Positions 1 through 12,340 of a stretch of 64,000 bases of DNA are shown in pieces. Location: assembly GCA_036785375.1 (NCBI GenBank), contig JAWMAR010000311.1, positions 1-64,000 on the forward strand. Reading direction: 5' to 3'. The position numbers and the translations under genes were made by a program. Below the pieces are notes generated by a model, which did no database searches, was not told the DNA's origin, and worked only from the letters and a program-made list of their open reading frames with translations. Each line of letters begins with the position of its first letter. Positions within the stretch are counted from its first letter, which is position 1. The DNA comes from Leucoraja ocellata. Lineage: Eukaryota.

Positions 1-566
1 CCTGGAGTATTGCGTACAGTTTTGGTCTCCAAATCTGAGGAAGGACATTATTGCCATAGAGGGAGTGCAGAGATGGTTCACCAGACTGATTCCTGGGATG
101 TCAGGACTGTCTTATGAAGAAAGACTGGATAGACTTGGTTTATACTCTCTAGAATTTAGAAGATTGAGAGGGGATCTTATAGAAACTTACAAAATTCTTA
201 AGGGGTTGGACAGGCTAGATGCAGGAAGATTGTTCCCGATGTTAGGGAAGTCCAGGACAAGGGGTCACAGCTTAAGGATAAAGGGGAAATCCTTTAAAAC
301 CGAGATGAGAAGAACTTTTTTCATGCAGAGAGTGGTGAATCTCTGGAACTCTCTGCCACAGAGGGTAGTTGAGGCCAGTTCATTGGCTATATTTAAGAGG
401 GAGTTAGATGTGGCCCTTGTGGCTAAGGGGATCAGGGGTATGGAGAGAAGGCAGGTACAGGATACTGAGTTGGATGATCAGCCATGATCATATTGAATGG
501 CGGTGCAGGCTCGAAGGGCCGAATGGCCTACTCCTGCACCTAATTTCTATGTTTCTATGTTTCTAT
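1..566 (+). mobile_element. CR1-clade LINE 3' fragment (ORF2 C-terminus, 3'UTR, TTTCTATG tail), cut by the window edge
   Basis: Translates to LEYCVQFWSPNLRKDIIAIEGVQR...LYSLEFRRLRGDLIETYKILKG, the typical CR1 ORF2 C-terminus; ends in (tttctatg)n. Confidence 0.95.
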
Positions 567-1045
567 GAGAACCAACCTGATCACCCAATTGCTGGACAGT
601 TTAATTAACTTTCCCATTCCTACACAGACCTTTCTGTCCTCGGTCTCCTCCATTGTCAGAGTGAGGCTAAACGCAAATTGGAGGAACAGCATTTCATATT
701 TCGCTTGGGCAGCTTACACCCCAGTGGTATGAATATTGATTTCTCTCACTTCAGGTAGCCCCGGCATTCCCTCTCTCTCTATCCCTCCCCCACCCAAGTC
801 GCACTAGTTTCTCATTTTCACCCTACAAACAGCTTACAATGGCCCATTTCCCTTATCATTGTTACTTTTTTTCATATCTTTCATTCATTGTTCTTTATCT
901 CTCCAGTCTGAAAAAGTGTCTCGACCCAAAACATCACCCATTCCTTAGCTCCAGAGATGCTGCATGTCCTGCTGAGTTACTCTAGCTTTTTGTGTCCATC
1001 TTCGGTTTAAACCAGCATCCTTTTTAAACCAGTCCCTTCTTACAC
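567..1045 (+). mobile_element. Penelope-like element 3' fragment with degenerate hammerhead-bearing terminal repeat
   Basis: Encodes ...RKLEEQHFIFRLGSLHPSGMNIDFS, followed by gtctgaaaaagtgtctcgacccaaaacatc and the shared ccagagatgctgc...gagttactc tail. Confidence 0.8.
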
Positions 1046-1519
1046 CTTTCTATTTATTGGTTGTTTTGATGGATATGTAAGCTGACGATTTATGCTGCGA
1101 CTCGTTTTCCTCGCAGACTGTCAGTCGTGCTTCACACAAACCCACTCCCACCCCAGACATCTACCCCATCAACATATGGATGGCACAGTGGCGCAAACTG
1201 GTAGAGCTGCTGCCTCACTGGTAATGGGGAATAGATTTACTCACATTAAATGCTTAAAATCATCAATACAGCACAGGAACAGGCCCTTTGGCCCATCATG
1301 TCAGTGCTGAACATGATGCTAAAATAAACTTAATCTGCCTGCATATTATCCATTATCCCTCCATTTCCTGCAAATCTATGTGCCTATCCGAAAGTCTCTT
1401 AAATGCCACGAATATAGCTACCTCCTGTACACAGACTGCACCTGAGGTCAGGATCATGCCTGGGTCTCTGGTGCTGAGAGGCAGCAGCTACTTCAGCTGT
1501 ACCACTGTGCATATTCTCC

Positions 1520-2138
1520 ATGTTTTGCTCAACTTGGTTTGGGAAAAGCTTTACCCAACATCATAAGAAATTGCAAAGAATTGTAAATGTCATCAAGTCC
1601 CTCACACAGACCAGACTCCCCATCTACTCTTCACAGAAAACCAGCCAACATAAGAATGGTCTCGACCCGAAACGTCACCTATTCTTTCTCTCCAGAGATG
1701 CTGCCTGTCCCGCTGAATTACTCCAAGTTTTTGTGTCTATCTTCAACACAATCAAAGACTTGTCCCCCTCTGACCATTCCGTCTTCTCCCTGCACCTGTT
1801 CGGGCAAAAGATACAGAAGCTTGAAAACATGCACCACCAGACTCAGGAACAGATTTCCCCCCCTCTGTTATCAGGCTTCTGAATGCTCCTTCCATAAGAT
1901 GGGGTACTGTCCAAATCGCCCCAACCCTATTATGAACATTGAACTTTGTCTATTGAACTGATGCGCTACAATGCTGATAACTATATTCTGCACTCTGTCT
2001 CTTCCCCTTTGCTCTAACTATTGTACGAGTTTGACTTTATTGTATTTATGTATAGTAATATTTGATCTGATTGGATAGCATGCAAAACAAAGCTTTTCAC
2101 TGTAACTTTGTACACGTGACAATTATAAACCTAAACCT
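1520..2138 (+). mobile_element. Rex1/Babar-like LINE 3' fragment, interrupted by a Penelope terminal-repeat piece (~1650-1745)
   Basis: CSTWFGKSFTQHHKKLQRIVN...SGKRYRSLKTCTTRLRNRF matches the Rex1-type RT C-terminal motif (W(Y/F)G..LQR(V/I)V..SG(R/K)R(Y)RS...RLRNSF). Confidence 0.8.
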
Positions 2139-2154
2139 GATGCAACCAGTCTTT

Positions 2155-2428
2155 AGTTTACTTTAGTCTGCACCAACCAGCGATCCCCGTACACTAACAC
2201 TGTCCTACACACACGAGGGACAATTTACAATTTTACCAAGACAATTACCCGACAAACCTGTACACCTTTGGTGTGTGAATGTAAACTGGAGCACCCAGAG
2301 AAAACCCACGTGGTCACGGGGAGAACATACAAATTCTGTACCAACTGGACCCATAGTCAGGATCAAACCTGAGTCTTGGGCACTGTAAGGCAGCAATTCT
2401 ATGACTGCAACCATACCACTGTGCTGCC
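2155..2428 (-). mobile_element. HE1/V-type tRNA-derived SINE
   Basis: Reverse complement has a tRNA-like head (ggcagcacagtgg...ggtttgatcc), the ctccggtttcctcccacac-like core and a (ctaaa)n tail. Confidence 0.85.
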
Positions 2429-3139
2429 CTCAGGATACTTTCAGCACTATGGGCAAGGAGTTGGGATGAACTAAAAAACATTTATGGGCAGCATGGATGT
2501 ACTGGGCAGATTGGCTTTCTGCTGGGCTGTAATTTTCTGTGATTCTCTGATTCTAACCAAGTTTGATGAGAAGAGCTTACATGTGTGAAATTACCATTTA
2601 GCTTAATATTTATCGCTAAGAAAGGGGAGATAAGGTAATTATAATTGAAGACAAAAGTAATCATTAATTCTTCTTCAACTGAGTAAATCAAAAGAGAAAG
2701 TGTTTGAACCTTTGTTTATTTGAAAATGGTATCTATCAGAAAATATTAATGTCCCTCTTGACTTCAGACTTAAAAACGCACAAGACTAAAATGAGTAAGG
2801 AATTAAAGGCAATTATAGTACAACAAGCAGCTATAATCATGTTTTAAATATGTCTTATTACAACAACCTCAGCTACTATTTTCATGCTATGGTACAACTC
2901 CTTATGTCTTGTACCGATTCAGAAATATTTTTGCTCATTTAAGTTTTCTGCTGATGTAAAATTTACTTTGCACGAAGGGAGCAGTTCTGGATTGCTAAAT
3001 AGAGAAAATATTAGAAATGCCTATCATAAAGATTTAATGAATATTAAAGAAATTCTCAAGAAAGGATAACGTGACAGTTTTTCGGAGTATATTATTGATA
3101 AACAAGACGCTGGAATAATTTTAATCATTCAGTTTTCAG

Positions 3140-3233
3140 TGTTCCTCCATTTTGAAAGAAGAAAAGGATATGAGGATGATAAAGCAATGAAGCTAATCTT
3201 TATCACTGATGCATTCAAAGACCTACTCCATTG
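3140..3233 (+). other. Candidate internal exon (94 nt) of an unidentified gene
   Basis: Acceptor tcattcagttttcag|, strong donor TTG|GTGAGC, one open frame xFLHFERRKGYEDDKAMKLIFITDAFKDLLH; unique sequence; protein not recognised. Confidence 0.35.
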
Positions 3234-3336
3234 GTGAGCTCTCTGCAAATTAATGGCGTTAGAAGATTCACCCTTTGTTTCTTGAAAGAAATTATCAGAA
3301 AGCTCCAAAGAAGACCACAATGGATGGGATAATTGC

Positions 3337-3980
3337 AGATAGCAAAAGGATTTGAGTATAGGAGCAGGGAGGTTCTACTGCAGTTGTACAGGATCTTGGT
3401 GAGACCACACCTGGAGTATTGCGTACAGTTTTGGTCTCCAAATCTGAGGAAGGACATTATTACCATAGAGGGAGTGCAGAGAAGGTTCACCAGACTGATT
3501 CCTGGGATGTCAGGACTGTCTTATGAAGAAAGACTGGATAGACTTGGTTTATACTCTCTAGAATTTAGGAGATTGAGAGGGGATCTTATAGAAACTTGCA
3601 AAATTCTTAAGGAGTTGGACAGGCTAGATGCAGGAAGATTGTTCCCGATGTTGGGGAAGTCCAGGACAAGGGGTCACAGCTTAAGGATAAGGGGGAAATC
3701 CTTTAAAACTGAGATGAGAAGAACTTTTTTCACACAGAGTGGTGAATCTCTGGAATTCTCTGCCACAGAGGGTAGTTGAGGCCAGTTCATTGGCTATATT
3801 TAAGAGGGTTAGATGTGGCCCTTGTGGCTAAGGGGATCAGAGGGTATGGAGAGAAGGCAGGTACGGGATACTGAGTTGGATGATCAGCCATGATCATATT
3901 GAATGGTGGTGCAGGCTCGAAGGGCCGAATGGCCTACTCCTGCACCTAATTTCTATGTTTCTAAGTTTCTATGTTTCTAT
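3337..3980 (+). mobile_element. CR1 LINE 3' fragment, near-identical to 1-566
   Basis: ORF 3333-3779 AKGFEYRSREVLLQLYRILVRPHLEYCVQFWSP; same 3'UTR and tail. Confidence 0.95.
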
Positions 3981-4728
3981 AAGAATGATGCGCATGGATA
4001 AACTAATTATTTGAGATAAAGGGTATGAAACATTCTTTCTTATTTATGCCTGGGTTTCAGTTCTCCTTCATTTGATGGGCTAGTGAGCTAATTGGGCTAG
4101 ATGGGCTAATTTGACAGTTTAGGAGAAAGCGGATTGGAGCTCAAACAATGGTCAATGGTTTCTTTATTATCATGTGTACTAAGGTACAGTGATTTTTGTT
4201 GTTGTTGCATATACTGTGGCTCAGTAAGACTATCACCATGCATAAGCACAATCCCCTGGTTAGTACAGAATGTACAGTAGAGCCCACATAGTCTACATGC
4301 AAGAGGTGCCATTTTGCTACCAACAGGGCAAAGAAGGTAAAAAAATGTCTGAGAACAAGTAAATAATTCAATATTTGTGCATCACGTTATCTATTTGTTA
4401 AATGTCCTATGTTGTTAATATCGAGACTACTCGTGGAATAATTGTGCCAATGTCATGTAAATCGAGACGGTGAATTTACAAATAAAGACTCTTTGGATAT
4501 TAAGTTAAAAATGGAAATAGTGAGCATGTCAGGAGGTATCTGTGGAAAGAGACACATATTTCAAAGACCTTACATCAGAGGCTGCCTGACCTGCTGAGTC
4601 TTTCCCCACATATACACCCGGACAATGAGAAATGAAGATCTTGCTTGCAACAGCATCACAGGCACATAGACTCAGACCAACACATTAAAAAAAAATGTGT
4701 CCATAAATCATACATACGCTTATACTTA

Positions 4729-6360
4729 GAAACATAGTAAAATAAGTGCAGGAGTAGGCCATTTGGCCCCTCGAGCCAGCACCGCCATTCAATGTGATCA
4801 TGGCTGATCATCTAAAATCAGTACCCCGTTCCTGCTTTTCCTCCCATATCCATTGATCCCTTTAGCCCCAAGAGCTAAATCTAACTCTTTTGAAAACATC
4901 CAATGACAGAGAATTCCATAGATTCACAACTCTCTGGGTGAAGAAGTTTTTCCTCATCTCAGTCCCAAATGGCTTACCCCTTATTCTTAAACTGTGACCC
5001 CTGCTTCTGGACTCCACCAACATCAGAAACAATTTTCCTGCATCTAGCCTGTCCAATACTTTAAGAATTTTACATGTTTCCATAAAATATCCTCTCATCT
5101 TTCTAAATCCCAGTGAATACAAGCCCAGTTGACCCATTTTTTCGTCATATGTCAGTCCTGCCCTCCCAGGAATTAACCTGGTGAACCTACGCTGCATTCC
5201 CTCAATAGCAATAATGTCCTTCCTCAAATTAGGTGACCAAAATTGCACACAATACTCCAGGTGCGGTCTCACCAGGGCCCTGTACAACGGCTGTAGGACC
5301 TCCTTGCTCATAAACTCCAATCCTCTTACAATGAAGGCCAACATGCCATTAGCTTTCTTCACTACCTGCTGTACCTGCAAGTTTACTTTCAGTGACTGAT
5401 GTACAAGTACACCCAGGTCTCGTTGTACCTCCCTTTTCCTAATCTGACAAAATTTAGATAATAGTCTGCCTTCTTGTTCTTGCCACCAAAGTGGTGGCTC
5501 ACATAACCTCACATGTATCCACATTATACTGCATCTGCCATGCATCTGCCCACTCATCCAACCTATCCAAGTCATCCTGCAGCCTCATAGCATCCTCATC
5601 GCAGCTCACACTGCCACCCAGCTTTATCTCATCCGCAAACTTGGAGATGTCACATTTAATTCCCTTATCTAAATCGTTAATATATATTGTAAATAACAGG
5701 TCCCAGCGCTGAGCCTTGCAGCATCCCACCAGTCATTGCCTGCCATTCTGAAAAGGACCCGTTAATTCCTACTGTTTGCTTCCTGTCTGCCAACTAGTTT
5801 TCTATCCATGTCAACACTGTACCCCTATTACCAAGTGCTCTAATTTTGCACACTAATCTCTTGTGTGGGGCCTTGTCAAAGGCTTTTTGAAAGTCCAGAA
5901 ACACCACATCTGCTGGCTCTCCCTTATCCATTCTACTGCTACATCTTCAAAAAATTCCAGTAGATTAGTTAAGAATGATTTCCCCTTCATAAATCCATGC
6001 TGACTTTGACCAATCCTGGCACGGATTTCCAAATGCGCTGCTATAACATCTTTAACAATTGGCTCAAGCATCTTCCCCACAAGTGATATGGCTAATTGGT
6101 CTATAATTCACCGTTTTCTCTCTCCCTCCTTTCTTAAAAAGTTGGGTTACATTGGTTACCCTCCAGTCCATAGGAACTGATCCAGAGTCGAGAGAACATT
6201 GAAAAAGGATCACCAATGCATCCATGATTTCTAGGGCCACCTCCTTGAGTACTATGGGATGCAGACCATCAGGCCCTGGGATTTATCTGCCTTCAGTCAC
6301 AACAGTTTACCTAACACCATTTCCTGACTATTGTGGATTCTTCCCGCCCACTAGATCACT
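4729..6360 (-). mobile_element. Longer decayed CR1 LINE fragment with reverse-transcriptase domain remnants
   Basis: Frameshifted ORFs 5853-6080 (QSQHGFMKGKSFLTNLLEFFE), 5499-5729 (LFTIYINDLD..ISKFADEIKLGG, FADD-like motif) and 4862-5575. Confidence 0.95.
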
Positions 6361-6504
6361 TAAAATACCTAAAGACTCTGCAATAAAAAGACATTACATT
6401 GCATATGTAATAAACAACACAGGAATGGGGCCCTTCAGCCCACAATGTTTCTGCCAAACATGATGCATGATTTCTTTGGAGAAAATGAATAGGTGAGTGA
6501 TCCC

Positions 6505-7965
6505 ACACTAATCACATCTTCCCATCTCCATCCATTTCCACCTTCGACAGAGACTGCTCCGTCCACAACACACTGGTTAACTCATCCATTCCCACCCAAA
6601 CCACCCCCTCCCCAGGTACTTTCCCTGGCAACCGCAGGTGATGTAACACCTGTCCTTATACCTCCTCCCTCGACTCCATCCAGGGGCCTCGACAATCCTT
6701 CCAGATGAGACAGTGGTTCACATGCCCCTCCTCTAACCTCATCTACTGTATCTGGTGTTCTTGATGTGGCCTCCTGTACATAAGAGAGACTGAAGCATGG
6801 ACTCAGTGGGTGTTTTGTTGAACAGTTGACCTGCCAAGACCTGCCTACTGGATCGCCCAGTTGCTCACCACTTTAACTTCCCTTCCCATTCCCATACCAC
6901 CTATCTGTCTTGGGCCTCCTCCATTGCCAGAATGAGGCCATACATAAATTGGAGGAACAGCACCTCGTATATTAATATATATACTTGTAGCTTACAACCC
7001 AGCAGTATGAATGTTGAATTCTCCAATTTTAGGTGACGTCCGCAAACACCTTCTTCCTCCCTTCCCCCATCTTCCCCCTTCCTCCACTAAAAGTTTGTTA
7101 ACCATTTCCGCAGTTTGCAATGATGGGCTCACACCTGTCTCTAGCCAACAATCAGTGTAACATAGAAACATAGAAAATAGGTGCAGGAGTAGGCCATTCG
7201 CCCCTTCGAGCCTGCACCGCCATTCAATATGATCTTGGCTGATCATCCAACTCAGTATCCTGTACCTGCCTTCTCTCCATACCCCCTGATCCCTTTAGCC
7301 ACAAGGGCCACATCTAACTCCCTCTTAAATATAGCCAATGAACTGGCCTCAACTACTTTCTGTGGCAGAGAATTCCAGAGATTCACCACTCTCTGTGTGA
7401 AAAATGTTTTCCTCATCTCGGTCCTAAAAGATTTCCCCTTATCCTTAAACTGTGACCCCTTGTTCTGGACTTCCCCAACATCGGGAACAATCTTCCTACA
7501 TCTAGCCTGTCCAACCCCTTAAGAATTTTGTAAGTTTCTATAAGATGTAAGAATCTTCTAAATTCTAGCGAGTACAAGAGTATCAGGGAACCTTCTTGCC
7601 CGAGGTTACCTGTTTCCGGCCCCAATTTTTCTTGTGTCCAGATTCCCCTCCCCCCTCCCCCCTACAACAGTCAGTCTGAACAAACTGATTTCCCCTTCAT
7701 AAATCACGTTCAGTCTGAAGGGCTCGACCTGAACCGTTGCCAATTCTTTCCCTCCATAGATGCTGCCTCACCCGCTGAGTTTCTCCAGCATTTTGTGTCT
7801 ACCTTCGATTGTACCAGCATCTGCAGTTCTTTCTTAAACAGTCTGAAGAAGGGCCCCGACCTGAAATGTCACCTATCTACTCCAGAGATTTTGCCTGATC
7901 TGTTGAGTTACTCCAACATTTGTGTCTATCTTTAATGAAAAGGAACCAGCATCTGCAGTTCTTTT
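6505..7965 (+). mobile_element. Penelope-like element remnant (GIY-YIG endonuclease region plus tandem terminal repeats) with nested CR1
   Basis: ~6729-6790 reads SSNLIYCIWCS*CGLLYIRET (PLE GIY-YIG NxIYCIxCxxCGLLYIGET); KLEEQHL at ~6945; two tandem hammerhead-type repeats at ~7713 and 7843. Confidence 0.85.
7161..7577 (-). mobile_element. CR1 LINE 3' fragment nested in the Penelope element
   Basis: LIETYKILKGLDRLDVGRLFPMLGKSRTRGHSL on the minus strand; catagaaa tail at 7161. Confidence 0.9.
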
Positions 7966-8709
7966 TCATTACATGAGGACATGTCTGATCTCATCTGGCT
8001 GAAAATGATCTATATCCCTCTCTTCCCTGCACATTTGGAAAGAAACAAGAGGTGATCCACAGTGTCCCATTGTCAAGGTATTCCTGCTCCTATTTCCTTA
8101 TGTTCTAATGTTCTTGTTTTCTTGTCTTGGCACATAATCTTAAAACAAATTTGAGATAACATCATCTCATATATATTTCCAACAATGTCTTCCCTCCATG
8201 GGCTTGATGGGCCGAATGGCCTAATTCTGCCCCTATAACTTATGAACTTATCTTCCATTGGGCTAAAATTGTGAACCAGCAGCTTTTGCTCATAAAGTTA
8301 GGCACAGGAATTTTACTGTGTGGTAATGCCTTGCATTAAGCTATCTGATGGTTCCCAAGCACGGGAATACGAGTTATGAACATTATAATATGACCAATTT
8401 CTATATGGTTCATTTTTTCAATGCCATTACCGAATGAATGATAGCTCGCAAGCCTATCGTTAAATAGAATGAACGCTGAGAGAATTGAATTTATTGAGGC
8501 CTGAATGATTGGAACATTTTGCAGAAAGCTTTCTTTATAATCAAAGTTATGAACACAAAATGACAAGGGAACATATCGCAAAATAAAAAAGATTGCAGAG
8601 TCCCCTCTCATGAGACATTTTGTGTTGCTCTGTCCTGATCTTTCTTTCTTTTATTTTATTACATATTGCTTATTTTCAGAGTATCCTTACCCATGACATA
8701 AACTGGGCT

Positions 8710-9320
8710 AAAGATAGACACAAAGTGCTGGAGTCAATCAGCTGGTCAGGCAACATCTCTGGAGAAAAGGATGGGTGATGTTCCGGGTCAATGGGGAGCT
8801 GGGGGGGGGGGGGGGGGGGGAGAGAGGGAGGGGCAGTGAAGGGGGGGGGGGGGGGGGGGGTGGGGAGGGGCCGTGAAGAGCTGGAGGCGAGAAAAGAGAA
8901 AAAACATGGACTAATCGGGGCCAGCCAAAAATGACCTCAGTCAGGAGTCAGGGCGGTACCTGGTAGGTCCATGTTGGCTTTTGTCGTCGTCCAACATGTT
9001 GACAGAATTGGTCGCCCGGCGAGTCACAGAGTGCATCGTGTCGTCATTTCCGAGGATCGCCACGAAGAGGTTTCTGTCATGATCCCCGGTAGGTCCATTG
9101 TTGGTTGGTGAAGGTGTGATCCCAAGAGAACTGTGGAACTGGCAAAACAAATATGGTGGAGGAAGGGGGCTAGGAGCGAGGGAGCAGGGGATGATGGGGT
9201 ATAAGATGAAGTTACTTAAAATTAAATTCCACGTTCATAATGGTGGGCTGTAAGCTACCAAAGCAAAATACGAGCTGCTGTTCCTTCATTTTGCATGTGG
9301 CTTCACTCTGGCAATGGCAA
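8710..9320 (-). mobile_element. Penelope-like 3' fragment with poly-G tracts and a 110-bp foreign insert
   Basis: Terminal repeat aagatagacacaaagtgctggag at 8710; EGTAARILLW-like C-terminal remnant near 9260-9320. Confidence 0.7.
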
Positions 9321-10059
9321 GGAACGAGGTGCCGGAGGAGGTAGTTGAGGCAGGGACTATCGCAATGTTTAAGAAACATTTAGACAGGTTCATGGATAGG
9401 ATAGGTTTAGAGGGATATGGGCCAAATGCAGAGTAGATGGGGCATGTTGGTTGGCCTGGGCAAGTTGGGCCGAAGTGCCTGTTTCCACACTGTACAGCAT
9501 GACTCTGCTGGCGTCTCAGTGAAGGAGGTAGCACGTTTGACTGGCAAGGGTTAGCAAATTTAGAATGATGTAGAGTTTAATATATTTTTATGTGTACAAA
9601 CCATCCATAAACCTCAATATTTATTTTTATTGTGCGATATATCAAGCTGGAAATTGCTACATGCTATTCAGGGCTATGTGATGCGTGACTAACGATTTCT
9701 GAGAGTGCTTGTCTGCCTTAGACCTCTGATATTGTTATTTAAGAAATGTGTAAATTCTACCCGAGCCCTGTCGCACAATATGATCGCCAGTGAAGTGCCT
9801 GTACCAATTAGATAAACAAGAAGCAATTAAATTGCTTAAGCAAACATTTTAATTTTGCCACAGTGCTGTCCACAACATGTACATAGTACTCTGCACAGTC
9901 CAAGTTAGAACGAGTGGCATACTGGTTTCGCCAGTATAATTCTGGTTGAATGGTTGACTTTAACCATGTGATAATTTACCATGTAACATTTAATAATGTA
10001 ACATTTACCATGTGATAATTCCAAAGAAAATCTCCACCAGTGGTTTTGGGTATTGTGTA

Positions 10060-10630
10060 TAAAAGTTTGGAGTTCATAGTGCAGTTATATAGGACGTAGG
10101 TGAGGCCACATTCAGAGTATTGTGTTCAGTTTTGGGCGCCATGTTATAGGAAAGATGCTGTCAGGCTGGAAAGGGTTCAGAGAAGATTTACGAGGAGGTT
10201 GCCAGGACTCGAGGTCCTGCGCTATCGGGAGAGGTTGAGTAGGACAGGACTCTCTTCCTTGGAGCGCAGGATGACGAGGGGTGATCTTATAGAAGAAGTG
10301 CACAAAATCAGGAGAGGAATAGATCTGGAAAATGCAGAGCCTCTTGTCCCGAGTAGGGGAGTCGAGAACCAGAGGACATAGGTTTATAGTGATGGGAGAA
10401 AGATAGGAATCTGAGGGGCAATCTTTTCACACAAAGGTGGGTGTATGGTACAAGCTGCTGGAGGAGGTAGTTGAGGCAGGTACTATCAAAACATTTAAGA
10501 AACATTTCGACAGGTACATGGATAGGACAGGTTTAGAGGGATATGGGCCAAACACAGGCAGGGACTAGTGTAGATGGGGCATGTTGGTCAGTGTTGATAA
10601 ATTGGGCTGATGTGCCTGTTTCCACGATGT
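10060..10630 (+). mobile_element. CR1 LINE 3' fragment of a second subfamily (tail shared with the SINE)
   Basis: [31 protein letters not shown]; ends in a gggc(c/t)ga..gcctgtttcc stem-loop tail. Confidence 0.9.
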
Positions 10631-11025
10631 ATGCTGTAAGTTTCCGCATGGGTTTTCTTCAGGTGTTCCGGTTTCCTCCCACAGGTTAATTGGCTTCTGT
10701 AAATTGTCCCTAGAGTGTATGTTAGTGTACGGGGTGATTGCTGGTTGGCGTGGACTCAGTGGGCTGAAGGACCCGTTTCTGTTCTGTATCTCAAAAGTCA
10801 AAAGTCTAAGGACAGGATTTGAATTTTTATGTCTCTGAATCAGTAGACTGTATATAAGTTCTGTAACATAATCTCTATGTTAGCATCCCCCATAAGTGGG
10901 ATGAGGCTGGCTTTTCTCTTAATATTTTACAATCCTGTATTTCGCGTGCAAGGACAGGAGTGGTGAGGGAGGGTGTGGAGTGCCAGCCAACTAAGCCAGC
11001 ACCCACCTTGAAGGTGCTGGAGGCA

Positions 11026-11801
11026 ATACCCCAGTCCCTCTCCTTCTGGCCCACTCCTGGCGCCCGTCATCGCCAGTGGTCCCTCCTCCGCGGCTCTCTG
11101 ATCTTCGGGGCAGGGCTCGACGGCTTCTGAGCTTCTCCTGCAATTGCCTTCTGTTGCCAAGAGATGGCTGAATCATCCTTCGTTGCAACCTCAAGAACAG
11201 CAAACAATGACAGCATCGTTCACATTCCCCAACAGGCTTTGACCGAATCCCACTGCAAGTCAGATAGCGCTTCACCTTCTCATGAGGGAATTGCCCTGTA
11301 GGTATCACGAGTTAGCGATTAGATTCACATCACTGCAACATTACGGGAACTCAGTGAGATCATATATATTTCACTCATTCAAGACGGTAAATGAGATGAA
11401 CTGCACTTGAGTTTAGTAGGGAAACATCAGTCGTATGTTAAGTTGCTGGATAAGCATTCAGAGTGTAGAACACGATAAACTGAATCAATAAACTGGCAGA
11501 TTTAAATTCAAATAATCAAATAAATCACACATAAAATGCAATGGTGGCCATGAAACTTCCGGATTGAGTAGAAGTCTGAAAAAGTGACTCGACCCGAATC
11601 ATTTCCTATCTTTGTTCACCAAAGTTGTTGCCGTGACCCGCTGAGTTTCTCCAGCATTTTGCAGGCAACTGAAGGCAATTGCAGGAGAAGCTCAGAAGCC
11701 ACCGAGCTCGGCCCCGAAGACCAGAGAGCCGAGGAGGAGGGAGCCAGCCGCTGGTGATGACAGACACAAGGAGTGGGCCAATAGGAGCGGGACTGGGGTA
11801 T
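11026..11801. repeat. GC-rich inverted repeat; arms 11026-11158 and 11664-11801
   Basis: cttctgagcttctcctgcaattgccttc and gaaggcaattgcaggagaagctcagaag are exact reverse complements, with mismatched extension to ataccccagtccc / gggactggggtat. Confidence 0.9.
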
Positions 11802-12054
11802 AAGCGAGTTCGGTATTCCGACTGCGCATGCCCAGGACTAATCCCTAAATCTTTCTACCTCTATACATCTCTCTTCCCTTAAAACAGTATTTAAAACTAT
11901 TTTTTTGAATGTGGTTTTCAACACGCCCCCCTGAGAGAGACTCAAATTCTGATGCCATTTGAAGTTCTTGAGAGGTTTCACCTTAATAAAGGTAATGCGA
12001 GTTGATATTTGTTGTATATTATGCAGAGGCCTTTCCCGATTATTTTCAATTAGG

Positions 12055-12340
12055 TCTAGTTTTAGTTTGAGATACAGTGAGGAAACAGGCCCTTCGGCCC
12101 ACTGATCCACTCTGACCATCAATCACCCGCACACTCATCCAACACGAGAGACAATTTTTCAGCAGCCAATTAACCTACAAACCTGGACATCTTTGGAATG
12201 TGGGAGGAAACCAGAGCACCCGGAGAAAAACCACTTGGTCAGAGGGCGAATGTACAAACTCCATAAAGACAGCACCCGTAGGCAGGATCAAACCAGGGTC
12301 TCTGGCGCTGTAAGACAGCAACTCTACCACTGCGCCACCT
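12055..12340 (-). mobile_element. HE1/V-type SINE
   Basis: Full head, core and tail on the minus strand. Confidence 0.85.

Noticed and set aside
2439-2459. REST/RE1-like ttcagcactatgggcaagg
   Set aside because: Left half matches but the GGACAG half has several mismatches; too weak.
65-5729. ORFs 65-487, 3333-3779, 4862-5575 as host genes
   Set aside because: They are CR1 ORF2 fragments, 5'-truncated or frameshifted.
8801-8870. Poly-G runs as functional G-quadruplexes (also 22797, 28063, 49911, 62474)
   Set aside because: Most lie in the C-rich UTRs of repeat copies, and homopolymer lengths are unreliable in assemblies.
11164-11301. 45-codon ORF MAESSFVATSRT... inside the inverted repeat spacer
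   Set aside because: Short, with no recognisable motif or supporting signals; expected by chance.
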